Below, piece by piece: positions 50,208-59,824 of a DNA stretch of 64,000 bases. A program made the translations under genes and the position numbers. Position 1 is the stretch's first letter. Each line of letters begins with the position of its first letter. The stretch is from an uncultured Candidatus Saccharibacteria bacterium (GTDB taxonomy: Bacteria > Patescibacteriota > Minisyncoccia > Phycocordibacterales > UBA6899). Where the stretch lies: positions 115,243-179,242 of the forward strand of contig CAZERF010000001.1 in assembly GCA_964515375.1 (NCBI GenBank), read 5' to 3'. The notes beneath the pieces are model-generated. The model was given only the letters and a program-made list of their open reading frames with translations, was not told the DNA's origin and made no database searches.

Positions 50208-50837
50208 CTAGCGACTGTAAAACTCGATGACGGACTGGAAGTTAAAACCGAGTTCGTTCTTGTCGTACTTCGGCGTCCCCTTGATCGTAGCGGAAAGCTT
50301 CGTTGGGTCGGCGGAGATCCAATTCGGGATACTATGCTTGGCCATCTTTGTCTTCGATTCTACAAAGAGCGGTGAGACGCGGCTGCCCTCACGGACAGCA
50401 ATGACGTCTTCCTGTCGCACTTGGTAGGAAGGGATGGTGAGCTTGTGTTTACCGACCATGAAATGCCCGTGGGCAACCATTTGACGAGCTTGTGTTCGAC
50501 TCTGCGCAAAACCCAAACGATACACAACGTTGTCAAGTCGGCGTTCCAGCTTTTCAAAAAGAAGGTCCACGGGGGTTCCCTCGCGTGCTGAAGTTGCCTC
50601 CTTCACGTAACGAGAAAATTGTTTCTCCGAAAGTCCGTAGACATTGCGAAGCTTCTGCTTCTCCTTGAGCTGCATACCATATTCAGTGAGCATACTGCGA
50701 TGCTTGCGTTCGTTCTGAGGCTTTCCGGGAGGAGTCGGGCGCTTCTCGAAGATACACTTCGGCGTAAAGCACTTCTCTCCTTTCAGAAAGAGTTTTTCTC
50801 CAGCGCGGCGACAAATTTTACACTTAGGATCTGACAT
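50208..50837 (-). CDS. rpsD: 30S ribosomal protein S4 (zinc-binding type)
   Basis: CKICRR..KLFLKG.KC...KC, LERRLDNVVYR. Confidence 0.98.
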   Translation of the reverse strand: MSDPKCKICRRAGEKLFLKGEKCFTPKCIFEKRPTPPGKPQNERKHRSMLTEYGMQLKEKQKLRNVYGLSEKQFSRYVKEATSAREGTPVDLLFEKLERRLDNVVYRLGFAQSRTQARQMVAHGHFMVGKHKLTIPSYQVRQEDVIAVREGSRVSPLFVESKTKMAKHSIPNWISADPTKLSATIKGTPKYDKNELGFNFQSVIEFYSR

Positions 50838-50863
50838 AATGAAAAATGATGAGAGTTACAAAC

Positions 50864-51298
50864 TTAGATGCGGCGAGGCTTCTTGGCGCGGGGGCCATTA
50901 TGTGGCACAGGAGTCTTGTCTTTGATCGACTGCACTTCGACACCCTTTGCGATAAAAGCGCGGATAGGAGACTCACGTCCACTACCAACTCCACGCACAA
51001 CAGCATCGACGGACTTGAGTCCCATGAGTGTCGCCTTCTCCGCGAGCAATTCACCGATCTTTGCTGCAGCGAAAGGTGTCCCCTTCTTTGCTCCCGCAAA
51101 ACCGAGAGAACCCGAGGTGGACCACATCAACACTTTACCCTCGGCATCCGAAAGAGAAACGATGGTATTGTTGTATGTGGACTGAATATTCAAAACACCG
51201 TGCGTGATCTTCTTTTTTGGGACACGCGAAAGAGATCGCGCCTTAAGACCCTGATCTACCGATCCTCCCCCTTTCTTTACGATACGTTTCTTACCCAT
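50864..51298 (-). CDS. rpsK: 30S ribosomal protein S11
   Basis: STYNNTIV, KKGTPFAA, G.GSGRE, TPVPHNG. Confidence 0.98.
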   Translation of the reverse strand: MGKKRIVKKGGGSVDQGLKARSLSRVPKKKITHGVLNIQSTYNNTIVSLSDAEGKVLMWSTSGSLGFAGAKKGTPFAAAKIGELLAEKATLMGLKSVDAVVRGVGSGRESPIRAFIAKGVEVQSIKDKTPVPHNGPRAKKPRRI

Positions 51299-51330
51299 TG
51301 TTCGTGCTTATCGTTAGTAATGAATCAAGA

Positions 51331-51711
51331 TTATTTCTTCTCGAGTTTGCGACGTCCGGAGCCCATCGTCTTGCGGACATTTCCTCGGACAGTGCGTGAA
51401 TTGGTTTTGGTGCGTTGACCGTGTGACGGGAGTCCTTTTGTGTGTCGTGATCCGCGGTAGGACTTGATATCCTTTAAGCGTTTGATGTTTGCTGCCTTTT
51501 CTCGTCGAAGATCTCCTTCGATCTTCATTGTCTCAACTTGCTTACGGATCTTCGCCTCATCATCTGCCGAAATATCTCCCGGTTTCTTTGTCTCAGGGAC
51601 ACCCGCTTCGTTGAGGATCTTGCGCGCTTTTGCAAAGCCAATACCATAGAAGACCGTGAGTCCGACCCAAAGTTGTTTATTTTCCGGAACAGTGATACCT
51701 AAGATACGCAT
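51331..51711 (-). CDS. rpsM: 30S ribosomal protein S13
   Basis: YGIG, IEGDLRR, YRG.RH..GLP..GQRTKTNSRT. Confidence 0.98.
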   Translation of the reverse strand: MRILGITVPENKQLWVGLTVFYGIGFAKARKILNEAGVPETKKPGDISADDEAKIRKQVETMKIEGDLRREKAANIKRLKDIKSYRGSRHTKGLPSHGQRTKTNSRTVRGNVRKTMGSGRRKLEKK

Positions 51712-51730
51712 GATGGATGATTAGACTAAT

Positions 51731-51844
51731 TTATCCCTGCTTTTGCTTGTGGCGAGGGTTGGCACAGGTAACATAAAGATTTCCGCGGCGCCGCACGGAC
51801 TTGCACTTCGCACAGATTTTTTTGACAGATGCTCTTACGCGCAT
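51731..51844 (-). CDS. rpmJ: 50S ribosomal protein L36
   Basis: [15 protein letters not shown]...[10 protein letters not shown]. Confidence 0.97.
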   Translation of the reverse strand: MRVRASVKKICAKCKSVRRRGNLYVTCANPRHKQKQG

Positions 51845-51905
51845 GGTGATAAAAGAAGGAGCAGTCCGACCGTTCGGGGTCGAACGAAACGAACGCAATG
51901 TATGC

Positions 51906-52124
51906 TTATAATCTTTTGACGATACGGAGCTTTCCTCCGTAAGGGTTATCCTCAAGTGCTACCTTGTCCCCGATGATGACCTTGATGCGATGAATACGCA
52001 TCTTTCCAGAGAGATAGGCAAGGAGTTCCTTTCCATCCTCTGTGGAGACGCGAAACATTGTATTGGGAAGCGCTTCGACGATCGTTCCGATCACGTGTGC
52101 TTCCTTTTGCTTTTCTTCATTCAT
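51906..52124 (-). CDS. infA: Translation initiation factor IF-1
   Basis: [26 protein letters not shown]. Confidence 0.96.
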   Translation of the reverse strand: MNEEKQKEAHVIGTIVEALPNTMFRVSTEDGKELLAYLSGKMRIHRIKVIIGDKVALEDNPYGGKLRIVKRL

Positions 52125-52143
52125 TCTCAAAGTCGGTGATAGC

Positions 52144-52172
52144 ATCCTAGCAAAAAGGTCATAATCGGTCAA
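52144..52172 (-). promoter_or_regulatory. Promoter of the infA-rpsI operon
   Basis: TTGACC-17-TAGGAT with an extended TG. Confidence 0.7.
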
Positions 52173-52204
52173 GGCTTTCCTGTTGACAAACCCTCAAAGG
52201 GAGA

Positions 52205-53842
52205 TTATTCGGGGATCTCACGCACTATTTCAACAACAACATCCTTAGGGTCAGTTGGGTATGTATTCTTCCAAAATGGCCGAATTGTTGCCTTGACTCG
52301 CTCAACGTTTCGAAAATCATTGAACAAAAGTTTGAAATCTTTTTCCGCTCGTCCAAGAACAGCGTTCTTCATGATTGTTTCATCCACCTTCCAAACGATC
52401 TCCGGATTCCCTGATACTACGAACGGAATCTCGACGCTTTCCCAAAGCTCTTTTCCGGACATCTCGCCAAGTGTAAAGCGGAGAGCATCGATGTTTGTTA
52501 CTGCAACCGGTTCACCTTTGTAGGTTGGAATAACCGCACGCGCAATCGCACGCGCGAGTGCCTCTCGATCAAAAACAGGGAGATAGAGACTTCCCGTAGC
52601 GCGGACAACAGCGCGGTCATCTTCTGATGCGGTACTGGTTGAAAGAACTGCGTCTTGGATCTCGATAAGAAATGCTTTTTCGTATGTGACCTGAGAAGGC
52701 GAAATATCGCTGCGTGCTTTTGTGCGCAACTTTGTCTCGAGAGAGACTCGCAATTGCTCTTGTGCTGCACGCATCGCCTGATCAGAGACGATCTTTACTG
52801 TTCCCGATGCTCCTCCCGACAAGGCAGTCTTGGAGCGCGCATAGACTTTTGAGTATTGAGGAAGATCTTTTAGACCCGGAACGGTAAAATCGGTGGGCTG
52901 GCTGTTGTAATCCGGACCCGCCTCGTCGGCGTAGACGACAACTTCAAGAGTTCCGGGGGTAAGTTTTCCGGAAACCGTCCGTGCCTTCGGAACAACGATA
53001 GAGTCATTGATCCGGTATATCTTCCCTGTTGGACTTTGAAATCGAGTATTTTTTATGAGTCGCTGATCCGTTGTTTGCTCGTTATAGACAATGATCGTCC
53101 CCGAGGCCTTTGCGGTGACCGTTTTTGTTCCCGTCGCCATAACCTCAACAGAATCATCGAGTGTCACTTCCATAACAGAGAAACCGAGTGTGTCATCTGC
53201 CGGCTCCTTGTATGCGACAAGAGCGAGTTCTTCTTCGAGTTTGACCACTTCACTCTTCGGAATGACGAGCAGTGTTGTTTGAGCAAAGAAATTCGAAACA
53301 AAGACGAAGACAGCGATCAAAATGAGTGGTGTCACGAGCCACGGCAACCAGCTCTTGAGTGGGTTTCGTTCGGTGTTGTTTGAAGAGTGGGGAAAGTGTG
53401 GAGGAACAAAACGATCAGGGTCGACCTTGGGGGTGTCGGTTTTTTGATTGTAGGGCCATGTGCCTTCCGCATTTCGATCAGTCGTGGTGTTCTCGGAAGA
53501 GACGGAGGAGTGCGATTCCACCAATGATCCTCGCGCATGAGGAGAATCTTCGTAGAGATGTTCGAGAATCATTGCGCGGGGGTTTTCGGGGAGCATATCC
53601 TCGATCTCTGCAGCGTGGGGAGGCGGAATTTCCTTGCTTACTTCAGAAGGGGGCACGGGGGTTCCCTTTTCTTCTTTGTTGGGGATCGCCTTGGTCTTTG
53701 AGATTTCAGGCTCCTGTACATGATCCACGTGCTCCAAGGCATGCGTCGAGGCGGCACGACGTGTCGACTTCACTTCAGAAGTCCCTTGTTTCGCCCTGCG
53801 GCGTTCAGGAGGCACTATATCTTGGATCATGTATTTGGGCAT
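52205..53842 (-). CDS. Single-TM protein with a disordered N-terminus and a baseplate J-like extracytoplasmic region
   Basis: KASG.I.VYN, L..NTRF, V.A.EAG..YN, GG..G pattern resembles baseplate J/gp47-like proteins; start uncertain (53842 or 53860). Confidence 0.65.
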   Translation of the reverse strand: MPKYMIQDIVPPERRRAKQGTSEVKSTRRAASTHALEHVDHVQEPEISKTKAIPNKEEKGTPVPPSEVSKEIPPPHAAEIEDMLPENPRAMILEHLYEDSPHARGSLVESHSSVSSENTTTDRNAEGTWPYNQKTDTPKVDPDRFVPPHFPHSSNNTERNPLKSWLPWLVTPLILIAVFVFVSNFFAQTTLLVIPKSEVVKLEEELALVAYKEPADDTLGFSVMEVTLDDSVEVMATGTKTVTAKASGTIIVYNEQTTDQRLIKNTRFQSPTGKIYRINDSIVVPKARTVSGKLTPGTLEVVVYADEAGPDYNSQPTDFTVPGLKDLPQYSKVYARSKTALSGGASGTVKIVSDQAMRAAQEQLRVSLETKLRTKARSDISPSQVTYEKAFLIEIQDAVLSTSTASEDDRAVVRATGSLYLPVFDREALARAIARAVIPTYKGEPVAVTNIDALRFTLGEMSGKELWESVEIPFVVSGNPEIVWKVDETIMKNAVLGRAEKDFKLLFNDFRNVERVKATIRPFWKNTYPTDPKDVVVEIVREIPE

Positions 53843-53870
53843 ATGGCGTTCGGAATTCATCTGATAATGT

Positions 53871-55070
53871 TCACCACCGACGTTCGAGGCGAACGAATTT
53901 GTTTGCAAAAATAGTCTCGATGGCAAGGAATGGGTCTTGAAAGGCGGGTTCGAGCACCTGAACAAACTTAGTCAAAAAGGTGTTCCCCAATGCGCGAGTC
54001 ACAAAAACACCCTCTTCCTGAGAAAACTTTGTGAAATCCGTTTGACGCAATGTTTCTTCGAACCATTTCATCACGTCATCATCAACAGTATAAAATATAG
54101 TTCTTGGAATGGGAAATTCTGAGGCAAATTGAGTCAATGCGTCCTCAAAGAGCGAGAGCCATTCCCTTCCTGCGGTATCGAGCGCTTTCTTCACCTGCTG
54201 GGCATGTTCGCGCGTTGATTTGCCTTCCAAGTAGAGGTTGAGCTCCGAGGATGCGATATCCGGCGTTACCTCCATGACACTCATGAGCGCGCGGATCAAC
54301 ATATTTTTCCCCGCGGGAAATGTAATGGACTCGAGGAGTACATTATCCTTCGCAAGAGAGATGTCCGTCACTTCGCCGGAGATATCCATGAAAAGGAGGC
54401 TTGTCTCTTCGGTAAAAATATCGCGGATCACATCAAAGGTCGTGAAGGAAAATGAGGAGAAGTGCACATCAGGAACGTGCCAGAATTTGCGGATCGATTC
54501 ATTGATCGAACGGTAGATGTTGGCCGGGATCATGCTGATATAGAGAGCGATCTCGAGTTCGCTCGTCTTTTTTCCAAATGGGTTTCGTACCTCATAACCA
54601 TTCAGCTTCATCTGAATATTTTTTGATTCCATGATTTCGGGCGGGATGTCCCCCACCTTCGATCGGACAAAAAGTTTTGACTCACGAAAGAGATCGATCT
54701 CTTTTTGGATCAACTTGGAGAGACCTTTTTCCGTGACCGTGAAAGGGTCTTTTTGGTCATAGTGCACCAATCGGGTCTGAGACGCGTACCATGGGCTAGC
54801 AAGGACGCAAAAAGCGCGATCAACGCGCACACCTCCTCCCGCCTTCTGCATCACAAGAAACATCTCTTCCAATGTCTTGATCATTGAATCAAGAAAACGT
54901 TGGAAATTGAGTTTTTCTTGGAAAGGAATGTCTCGGCGGGTCGTAAAGATGATTTCGGGATTCTTTCCGCGTTCAATACGCACAAAAGCACCTCCGATCG
55001 ACGCGGAACCAATATCAAAAACGATGACAAAATGCTGACCGCTCTTTGCACTGCGGCGGAAAAGACTCAT
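53871..55070 (-). CDS. Actin-fold FtsA/PilM-like protein
   Basis: FDIGSASIG (phosphate-1) and MDISGEVTD (phosphate-2) motifs. Confidence 0.7.
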   Translation of the reverse strand: MSLFRRSAKSGQHFVIVFDIGSASIGGAFVRIERGKNPEIIFTTRRDIPFQEKLNFQRFLDSMIKTLEEMFLVMQKAGGGVRVDRAFCVLASPWYASQTRLVHYDQKDPFTVTEKGLSKLIQKEIDLFRESKLFVRSKVGDIPPEIMESKNIQMKLNGYEVRNPFGKKTSELEIALYISMIPANIYRSINESIRKFWHVPDVHFSSFSFTTFDVIRDIFTEETSLLFMDISGEVTDISLAKDNVLLESITFPAGKNMLIRALMSVMEVTPDIASSELNLYLEGKSTREHAQQVKKALDTAGREWLSLFEDALTQFASEFPIPRTIFYTVDDDVMKWFEETLRQTDFTKFSQEEGVFVTRALGNTFLTKFVQVLEPAFQDPFLAIETIFANKFVRLERRW

Positions 55071-55123
55071 ACTCTTTTATTGTACCACGCAAGCACAATA
55101 GTGAGAAAGTGTACAACCGGTAT

Positions 55124-57007
55124 CTATTTGACGAGGACTGCCTTGATACGGCGGATGCCTTGCGCGACCGCCTCTTCTTTTTGAATGACAAACCGACCGA
55201 GCTCACTCGTGTTCATTACATGGGGACCTCCACAGAACTCGATCGAGAATCGCTCATCAAATCGCGGATCTTCCGGAGTTGCATTTTTGGGACCAACCGA
55301 GTAAACCGAAACACGTTCGGGATATTTTGCGCCAAATTCATGTTCCGCGCCCAGCGTTTCGGCCTCCTCGCGAGACATTTCGGTGCGAAGAACAGGAAGC
55401 GCCTCGGTGATCTTTTCGTTCACAATACGCTCAACCTCCTTCTTTTGTTCATCCGTCATCTTTTGCGGGTAGGCAAAGTCGATACGCAAACGCTCGGAAG
55501 TAATGTTCGATCCGCGTTGATGCACCTCGGGACCAAGCACGATCTGAAGCGCGCGAAGCAAGAGATGGTGTGCCGTGTGGAGCCGCACAGTCTCGGGTGA
55601 ATGGTCAGCAAGACCTCCTTTAAACTTTTGTTCAGAACCTGACCGTGAAAGGTCTTGGTGTTTTTTGAGTTCTTCGGTGAAAAGTTGCGTGAAGTGTACG
55701 GAGACATCTTCGGGGATACTTTTGCCGCCGTGCTCGATCCGCAGACGGTTGATCTCCTCAAAGCTCATCTCTACAGGGAAACCGTGTGTTTGATAGAGGT
55801 CAAAAAGGGTCTTGGCGTCCAAGGAAAATTCTTTCTTTTCCCCCTCAAAATGCTCGAACAATTTTTCGATCTCGCGTATTCCACTTTCAAGTGTTTTGGC
55901 AAATCGCGTCTCTTCTTCCGCGATCACTTCCTTGATACGCGCGAGGTCGTTCGTAATGTTCTCATAAACACCATTGTACTTCTCCGCAAACAGATCGAGG
56001 ATCGGTGCAAAACCCGAAGAGAGTCCGATCGCGCGTGCATAGCGTACCGCACGACGAAGGAGGCGGCGGAGGATATACCCCTGATCGGTGTTCGACGGTG
56101 CAACTCCGTCACCGATCAAGAACATCGCGGTGCGAAGATGGTCGGCAATGATACGCGCCGAGCGTTCCTCGTAGGTGGTCGCATCGCGCTTGAGGTGTCC
56201 CATGACATCGGCAAAGAGGTCGGTCGCGAAGATATTGTTCTTCCCCTGCACGACCATGACCACGCGTTCAAGTCCGCTTCCGGTGTCGACGTTCTGTTTG
56301 TCGAGTTTGCCAACGACCTTGCCGTCTTTCTTCAAGTATTCCATGAAGACATCGTTCCAGATCTCAACGACCTCCTGACGATCGTCTGCGGCCATATATT
56401 CCTCTTTGGTCATTCCTTCGGTCAGCTTTCCTGTTACGTCGTAGAACATTTCAGAGTCCGGACCACACGGTCCATTGTCGCCCGGGCTCCACCAGTTGGG
56501 CTCCTTGCCGCTTGGAGTTGCGGTCATGAAGTAGATGCGTTCTCCCTTCACTCCAGCTTTTTCAAACAATTCTTTCCATATCGCGTAGGATATTTCGTCC
56601 TTCGGGGCATCGACATTGCCGCCAAAGACGGTGACATAAAGGCGACTTGGGTCGAGACCAAGTCCTTCACCCTTCGAGGTCAAAAATTCAAAACTCCACG
56701 TGATCGCGTCTTTCTTGAAGTAATCCCCGAGCGACCAATTGCCGAGCATTTCGAAGAATGTCGCGTGAGTATTGTCGCCAATCTCTTCAATGTCCACCGT
56801 GCGGACACATTTCTGGGAATCGGCAAGTCGTGTTCCTTCGGGGTGCGGTTCCCCCAAAAGGTACGGAACCAAAGGTTGCATTCCTGCGGTATTGAAGAGT
56901 ACTGACGGATCATTGAGTGGCACCAAGGAGGCGCTCGGAATGATCGCATGTCCACGCGCGGCAAAAAATCGTAGAAAACGTGTTCGAATTTCGTTTGAGG
57001 TCAACAT
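55124..57007 (-). CDS. alaS: Alanine--tRNA ligase (no C-Ala domain)
   Basis: AGMQP, H.TFFEMLGNWS.GDYFK, EIWN.VF, DTGSGLER, HTAHH, EFCGGPH. Confidence 0.98.
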   Translation of the reverse strand: MLTSNEIRTRFLRFFAARGHAIIPSASLVPLNDPSVLFNTAGMQPLVPYLLGEPHPEGTRLADSQKCVRTVDIEEIGDNTHATFFEMLGNWSLGDYFKKDAITWSFEFLTSKGEGLGLDPSRLYVTVFGGNVDAPKDEISYAIWKELFEKAGVKGERIYFMTATPSGKEPNWWSPGDNGPCGPDSEMFYDVTGKLTEGMTKEEYMAADDRQEVVEIWNDVFMEYLKKDGKVVGKLDKQNVDTGSGLERVVMVVQGKNNIFATDLFADVMGHLKRDATTYEERSARIIADHLRTAMFLIGDGVAPSNTDQGYILRRLLRRAVRYARAIGLSSGFAPILDLFAEKYNGVYENITNDLARIKEVIAEEETRFAKTLESGIREIEKLFEHFEGEKKEFSLDAKTLFDLYQTHGFPVEMSFEEINRLRIEHGGKSIPEDVSVHFTQLFTEELKKHQDLSRSGSEQKFKGGLADHSPETVRLHTAHHLLLRALQIVLGPEVHQRGSNITSERLRIDFAYPQKMTDEQKKEVERIVNEKITEALPVLRTEMSREEAETLGAEHEFGAKYPERVSVYSVGPKNATPEDPRFDERFSIEFCGGPHVMNTSELGRFVIQKEEAVAQGIRRIKAVLVK

Positions 57008-57054
57008 ATCAGGGCATTATAATGATTCAGTAAAATTACGCAAAGAGATATCGG

Positions 57055-57600
57055 TCACCCTCGCAAGGTCTTGACCTCGTTCCCGTCAAATTCAATGAGC
57101 GTAGAGGGCGGTCCTTCCAACGTTCCGCCGTCAACATAAAATTCCGCATCGCTACCAAAATACGCGCGAGCTTCCTCGACGCTCGTCGCAGGAGGTCGAC
57201 CTTCAGGGTTGGCCGACGGAGCAACGAGAGGACCGGCAGATGAGATGAGTTCGCGAAGCTGCTCATTATCGGGGAAACGAAAGGCGATCGTATCGTGCCC
57301 ACGGGAAAGATATTCAAACTGATCGTCGATGATCGGAAGGACGACAGAATAAGGTCCCGGCCAATATGTACGCAACCGTGCTTCGAGTGCTTGTGAAAGT
57401 TCTACCCCAAAAGACTCGAGGGTACTTATGTCATTAATAAGCACAATAAGCGGTTTTGTGGGATTGCGCTGCTTGAGAAAATAGATCCGCTCAACCGCAT
57501 CGGGATCCAGCGCAGAACCGATCAGTCCGTAGAGCGTGTCAGTCGGGAACACGCCAACCGCGCCTTGTGTGATCATTGTCGCGATCTCTTCGTTATCCAT
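57055..57600 (-). CDS. tsaC: L-threonylcarbamoyladenylate synthase (YrdC domain only)
   Basis: FPTDTLYGL, K.R...KP, WPGP, SAN, PST. Confidence 0.95.
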   Translation of the reverse strand: MDNEEIATMITQGAVGVFPTDTLYGLIGSALDPDAVERIYFLKQRNPTKPLIVLINDISTLESFGVELSQALEARLRTYWPGPYSVVLPIIDDQFEYLSRGHDTIAFRFPDNEQLRELISSAGPLVAPSANPEGRPPATSVEEARAYFGSDAEFYVDGGTLEGPPSTLIEFDGNEVKTLRG

Positions 57601-57613
57601 AGAAGTATGAAGG

Positions 57614-58315
57614 TTATGGGGTAATGATCGAACCGACTTCCGGCAATAGTGCCCGAGAGATATCATTGACGCTAACGATCTTGATCGGAAGCCCATGCTC
57701 TTTGGCGAGCGCAATCGCCGACTGATCGGCAACCTTAAGGTCTTTTTCAAGCACTTCACCGGCGCTTATTGTCCGAATAAGCGTAGCGGATGTGTCAGTG
57801 TCGGGATCTGAAGTATAAAGACCATCAACACCGTTCTTTGCCATGATGACCATCTCGGCGTCGATCTCAAGCGCACGCTGAACAGAAGTTGAATCTGTTG
57901 TGAAATATGGCGCACCAAGCCCCGCGGCAAAGATGATCACTCTCCCCTTCTCGAGATGTCGTTCTGCGCGCTTGGGAATATAGGCCTCGCAGATCTGTGC
58001 CATGGTGATCGCCGACGAGACCCGCGTCTCGATGCCCTTGCTCTCAAAGTAATCGCGGAGCACAAGTGCATTCTGTACGGTTGCGAGCATGCCAATATAG
58101 TCAGCGGTGGGACGAAGGATCGCAAGCTCTCCCGTCAATTCATGTCCGCGAAAAAGATTTCCTCCTCCCACAACAAGCGCAACCTGATGACCTTTCTTGA
58201 GGAGCTGCTTGATCTCACTCGCGATCATTTCAAGCGTTGGTTCGTTGTACTTGCGTCCATTCGCAAGCTCGTCACCCCGAAGGCTCTCCCCGGAAAGTTT
58301 GATGAGTAGTTTCAT
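57614..58315 (-). CDS. pyrH: UMP kinase
   Basis: KLSGE, VGGGN.FRG, GMLAT..NA, PYFTTD. Confidence 0.96.
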   Translation of the reverse strand: MKLLIKLSGESLRGDELANGRKYNEPTLEMIASEIKQLLKKGHQVALVVGGGNLFRGHELTGELAILRPTADYIGMLATVQNALVLRDYFESKGIETRVSSAITMAQICEAYIPKRAERHLEKGRVIIFAAGLGAPYFTTDSTSVQRALEIDAEMVIMAKNGVDGLYTSDPDTDTSATLIRTISAGEVLEKDLKVADQSAIALAKEHGLPIKIVSVNDISRALLPEVGSIITP

Positions 58316-58345
58316 GGAGAAGAGTATATCACGGAAGCTTCGATG

Positions 58346-59815
58346 TCAGAAAGAAGAAAGACCGGTTGCCTCCATGATGCGATAAACCGAGAATTTCCAA
58401 AACGTACGGTCTTTATAAGTCTCATAATCGGTCGTAAAGACACCGCCTTCATTGGCCCACAAGCGTTCGAAGTGCTCATGTGCATCCGTCCACGCAGTGA
58501 ATGTATTATCGCCTTCGACAAGAACGTTTGCTTCGAGATTGAACCCACCAATGTTGCGCCGAGTGAAGTTCGCGGATCCAAGCATGAGAAAAGTGCTGGA
58601 CGCGGTTTTTCCGAGAAGCATCTTTCCGTGACACTGTTCCCCATTCGTCGCGCACCAGCGAACGGAAATATCGCCGCCGGTTCGCTTCACGAGTTCTTTC
58701 GCGACGGGACGATTAGGAATGCCGTTCTTCTCATGACCAAAAGCGTCTTTGTTTGGATCGAGAATAAGACGCACCACAACACCACGCTTTGTCGCGTCGA
58801 CGAGCGCCCGGATCACCTTGCGATCAGAGAGATAAAACATCTCGATGTCGAGTGTGTCTTCATTCTTCATATTCTCGATCAAGGCAACTGCACTGTCTCG
58901 GATCTCTCGTTCTTTCAAGAACGAAGCCTGAAGAGTCCCCGTCGCATGTTCCAAAATATCCTTACCAAAATTCGGGAGCCCTGCGCCCGACAATGCTGCG
59001 ATCGCAGTTTCACTCTGCAAGGCATCTTGCCATATCCCCGCGTCAACCTTGAGCGCAACATTGCTGTGCGCACTTGAGCCATCATGAGGATTGGACGAGG
59101 TTACGATCGTGGTCATCCGTCGTCCGGTCTCTTTCCCTTGAACAACGATCGGCTCGTCGGCAACGATCAATTTGCGATGATTGGCCTTGAAATTAAGGAG
59201 CGTGAACCAACTGCGCAGGGTCACACTCTCTCCCCTATACTGAAAGGGGTGCGGAAGTCGTCCTCCAGTTGTGTCGTTTTCCCAAAGCGCGATGAATGGC
59301 CTCCAAAACGCGCTCCATGTTAAATTACTGTCACGAAGTTGCCGTAGGTCGGTCGTCACAACAAAGATCCCTGCAGTACGAAACTCTTCAAACAAAGGAG
59401 AAAGTGCGCCACCATAGACAGTATTGATCGGGTCCGTGATCACGGCGACAGGAACATGAGGGGAGTCTGCGCGCTTCTCAAGCAGAGCATCCCCGAACTC
59501 TCGTGAGAGCGCGCGTGTTGTTTCAGGTTTTGCCCCCTGAAAATCATTGAAAAGAAACATATCGAGCACGATCGCGTGTTCCGCCTTTGTGATCGTTTGA
59601 AATATCGCATCCCAGATCTCTTGCCGCACCACTCGGGTGCCAGTTGTGTTAATAAATGTTTCGTCGGCGAGAAAGTGCACTTCTCCGTCCGAAACACGAT
59701 GGATCGTCGGAGTGAAAGTAAGCGACTCAGGAATCGGTCTCGACCATTGGTAGGCAAAGACGAACACATAGACAACAAGTATGAATCGGAATATCTTTCC
59801 AGAAAGAAATTTCAT
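58346..59815 (-). CDS. Phospholipase D superfamily protein, N-terminally anchored
   Basis: HRKLIVAD (HKD1), HGKMLLG...GSAN (HKD2 lacking the Asp). Confidence 0.9.
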   Translation of the reverse strand: MKFLSGKIFRFILVVYVFVFAYQWSRPIPESLTFTPTIHRVSDGEVHFLADETFINTTGTRVVRQEIWDAIFQTITKAEHAIVLDMFLFNDFQGAKPETTRALSREFGDALLEKRADSPHVPVAVITDPINTVYGGALSPLFEEFRTAGIFVVTTDLRQLRDSNLTWSAFWRPFIALWENDTTGGRLPHPFQYRGESVTLRSWFTLLNFKANHRKLIVADEPIVVQGKETGRRMTTIVTSSNPHDGSSAHSNVALKVDAGIWQDALQSETAIAALSGAGLPNFGKDILEHATGTLQASFLKEREIRDSAVALIENMKNEDTLDIEMFYLSDRKVIRALVDATKRGVVVRLILDPNKDAFGHEKNGIPNRPVAKELVKRTGGDISVRWCATNGEQCHGKMLLGKTASSTFLMLGSANFTRRNIGGFNLEANVLVEGDNTFTAWTDAHEHFERLWANEGGVFTTDYETYKDRTFWKFSVYRIMEATGLSSF

Positions 59816-59824
59816 AGTTTTAAA

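Noticed and set aside
52205-53842. Prophage inferred from the baseplate-J-like gene
   Set aside because: No terminase, capsid, tail or integrase genes; the protein has a TM anchor and sits among core genes.
55655-56905. Long antisense ORFs (e.g. 416 aa opposite alaS, 349 aa opposite dnaJ, 339 aa opposite rmuC, 377 aa opposite the MFP gene)
   Set aside because: These are shadow frames of well-supported genes caused by codon bias; they have no recognisable motifs.
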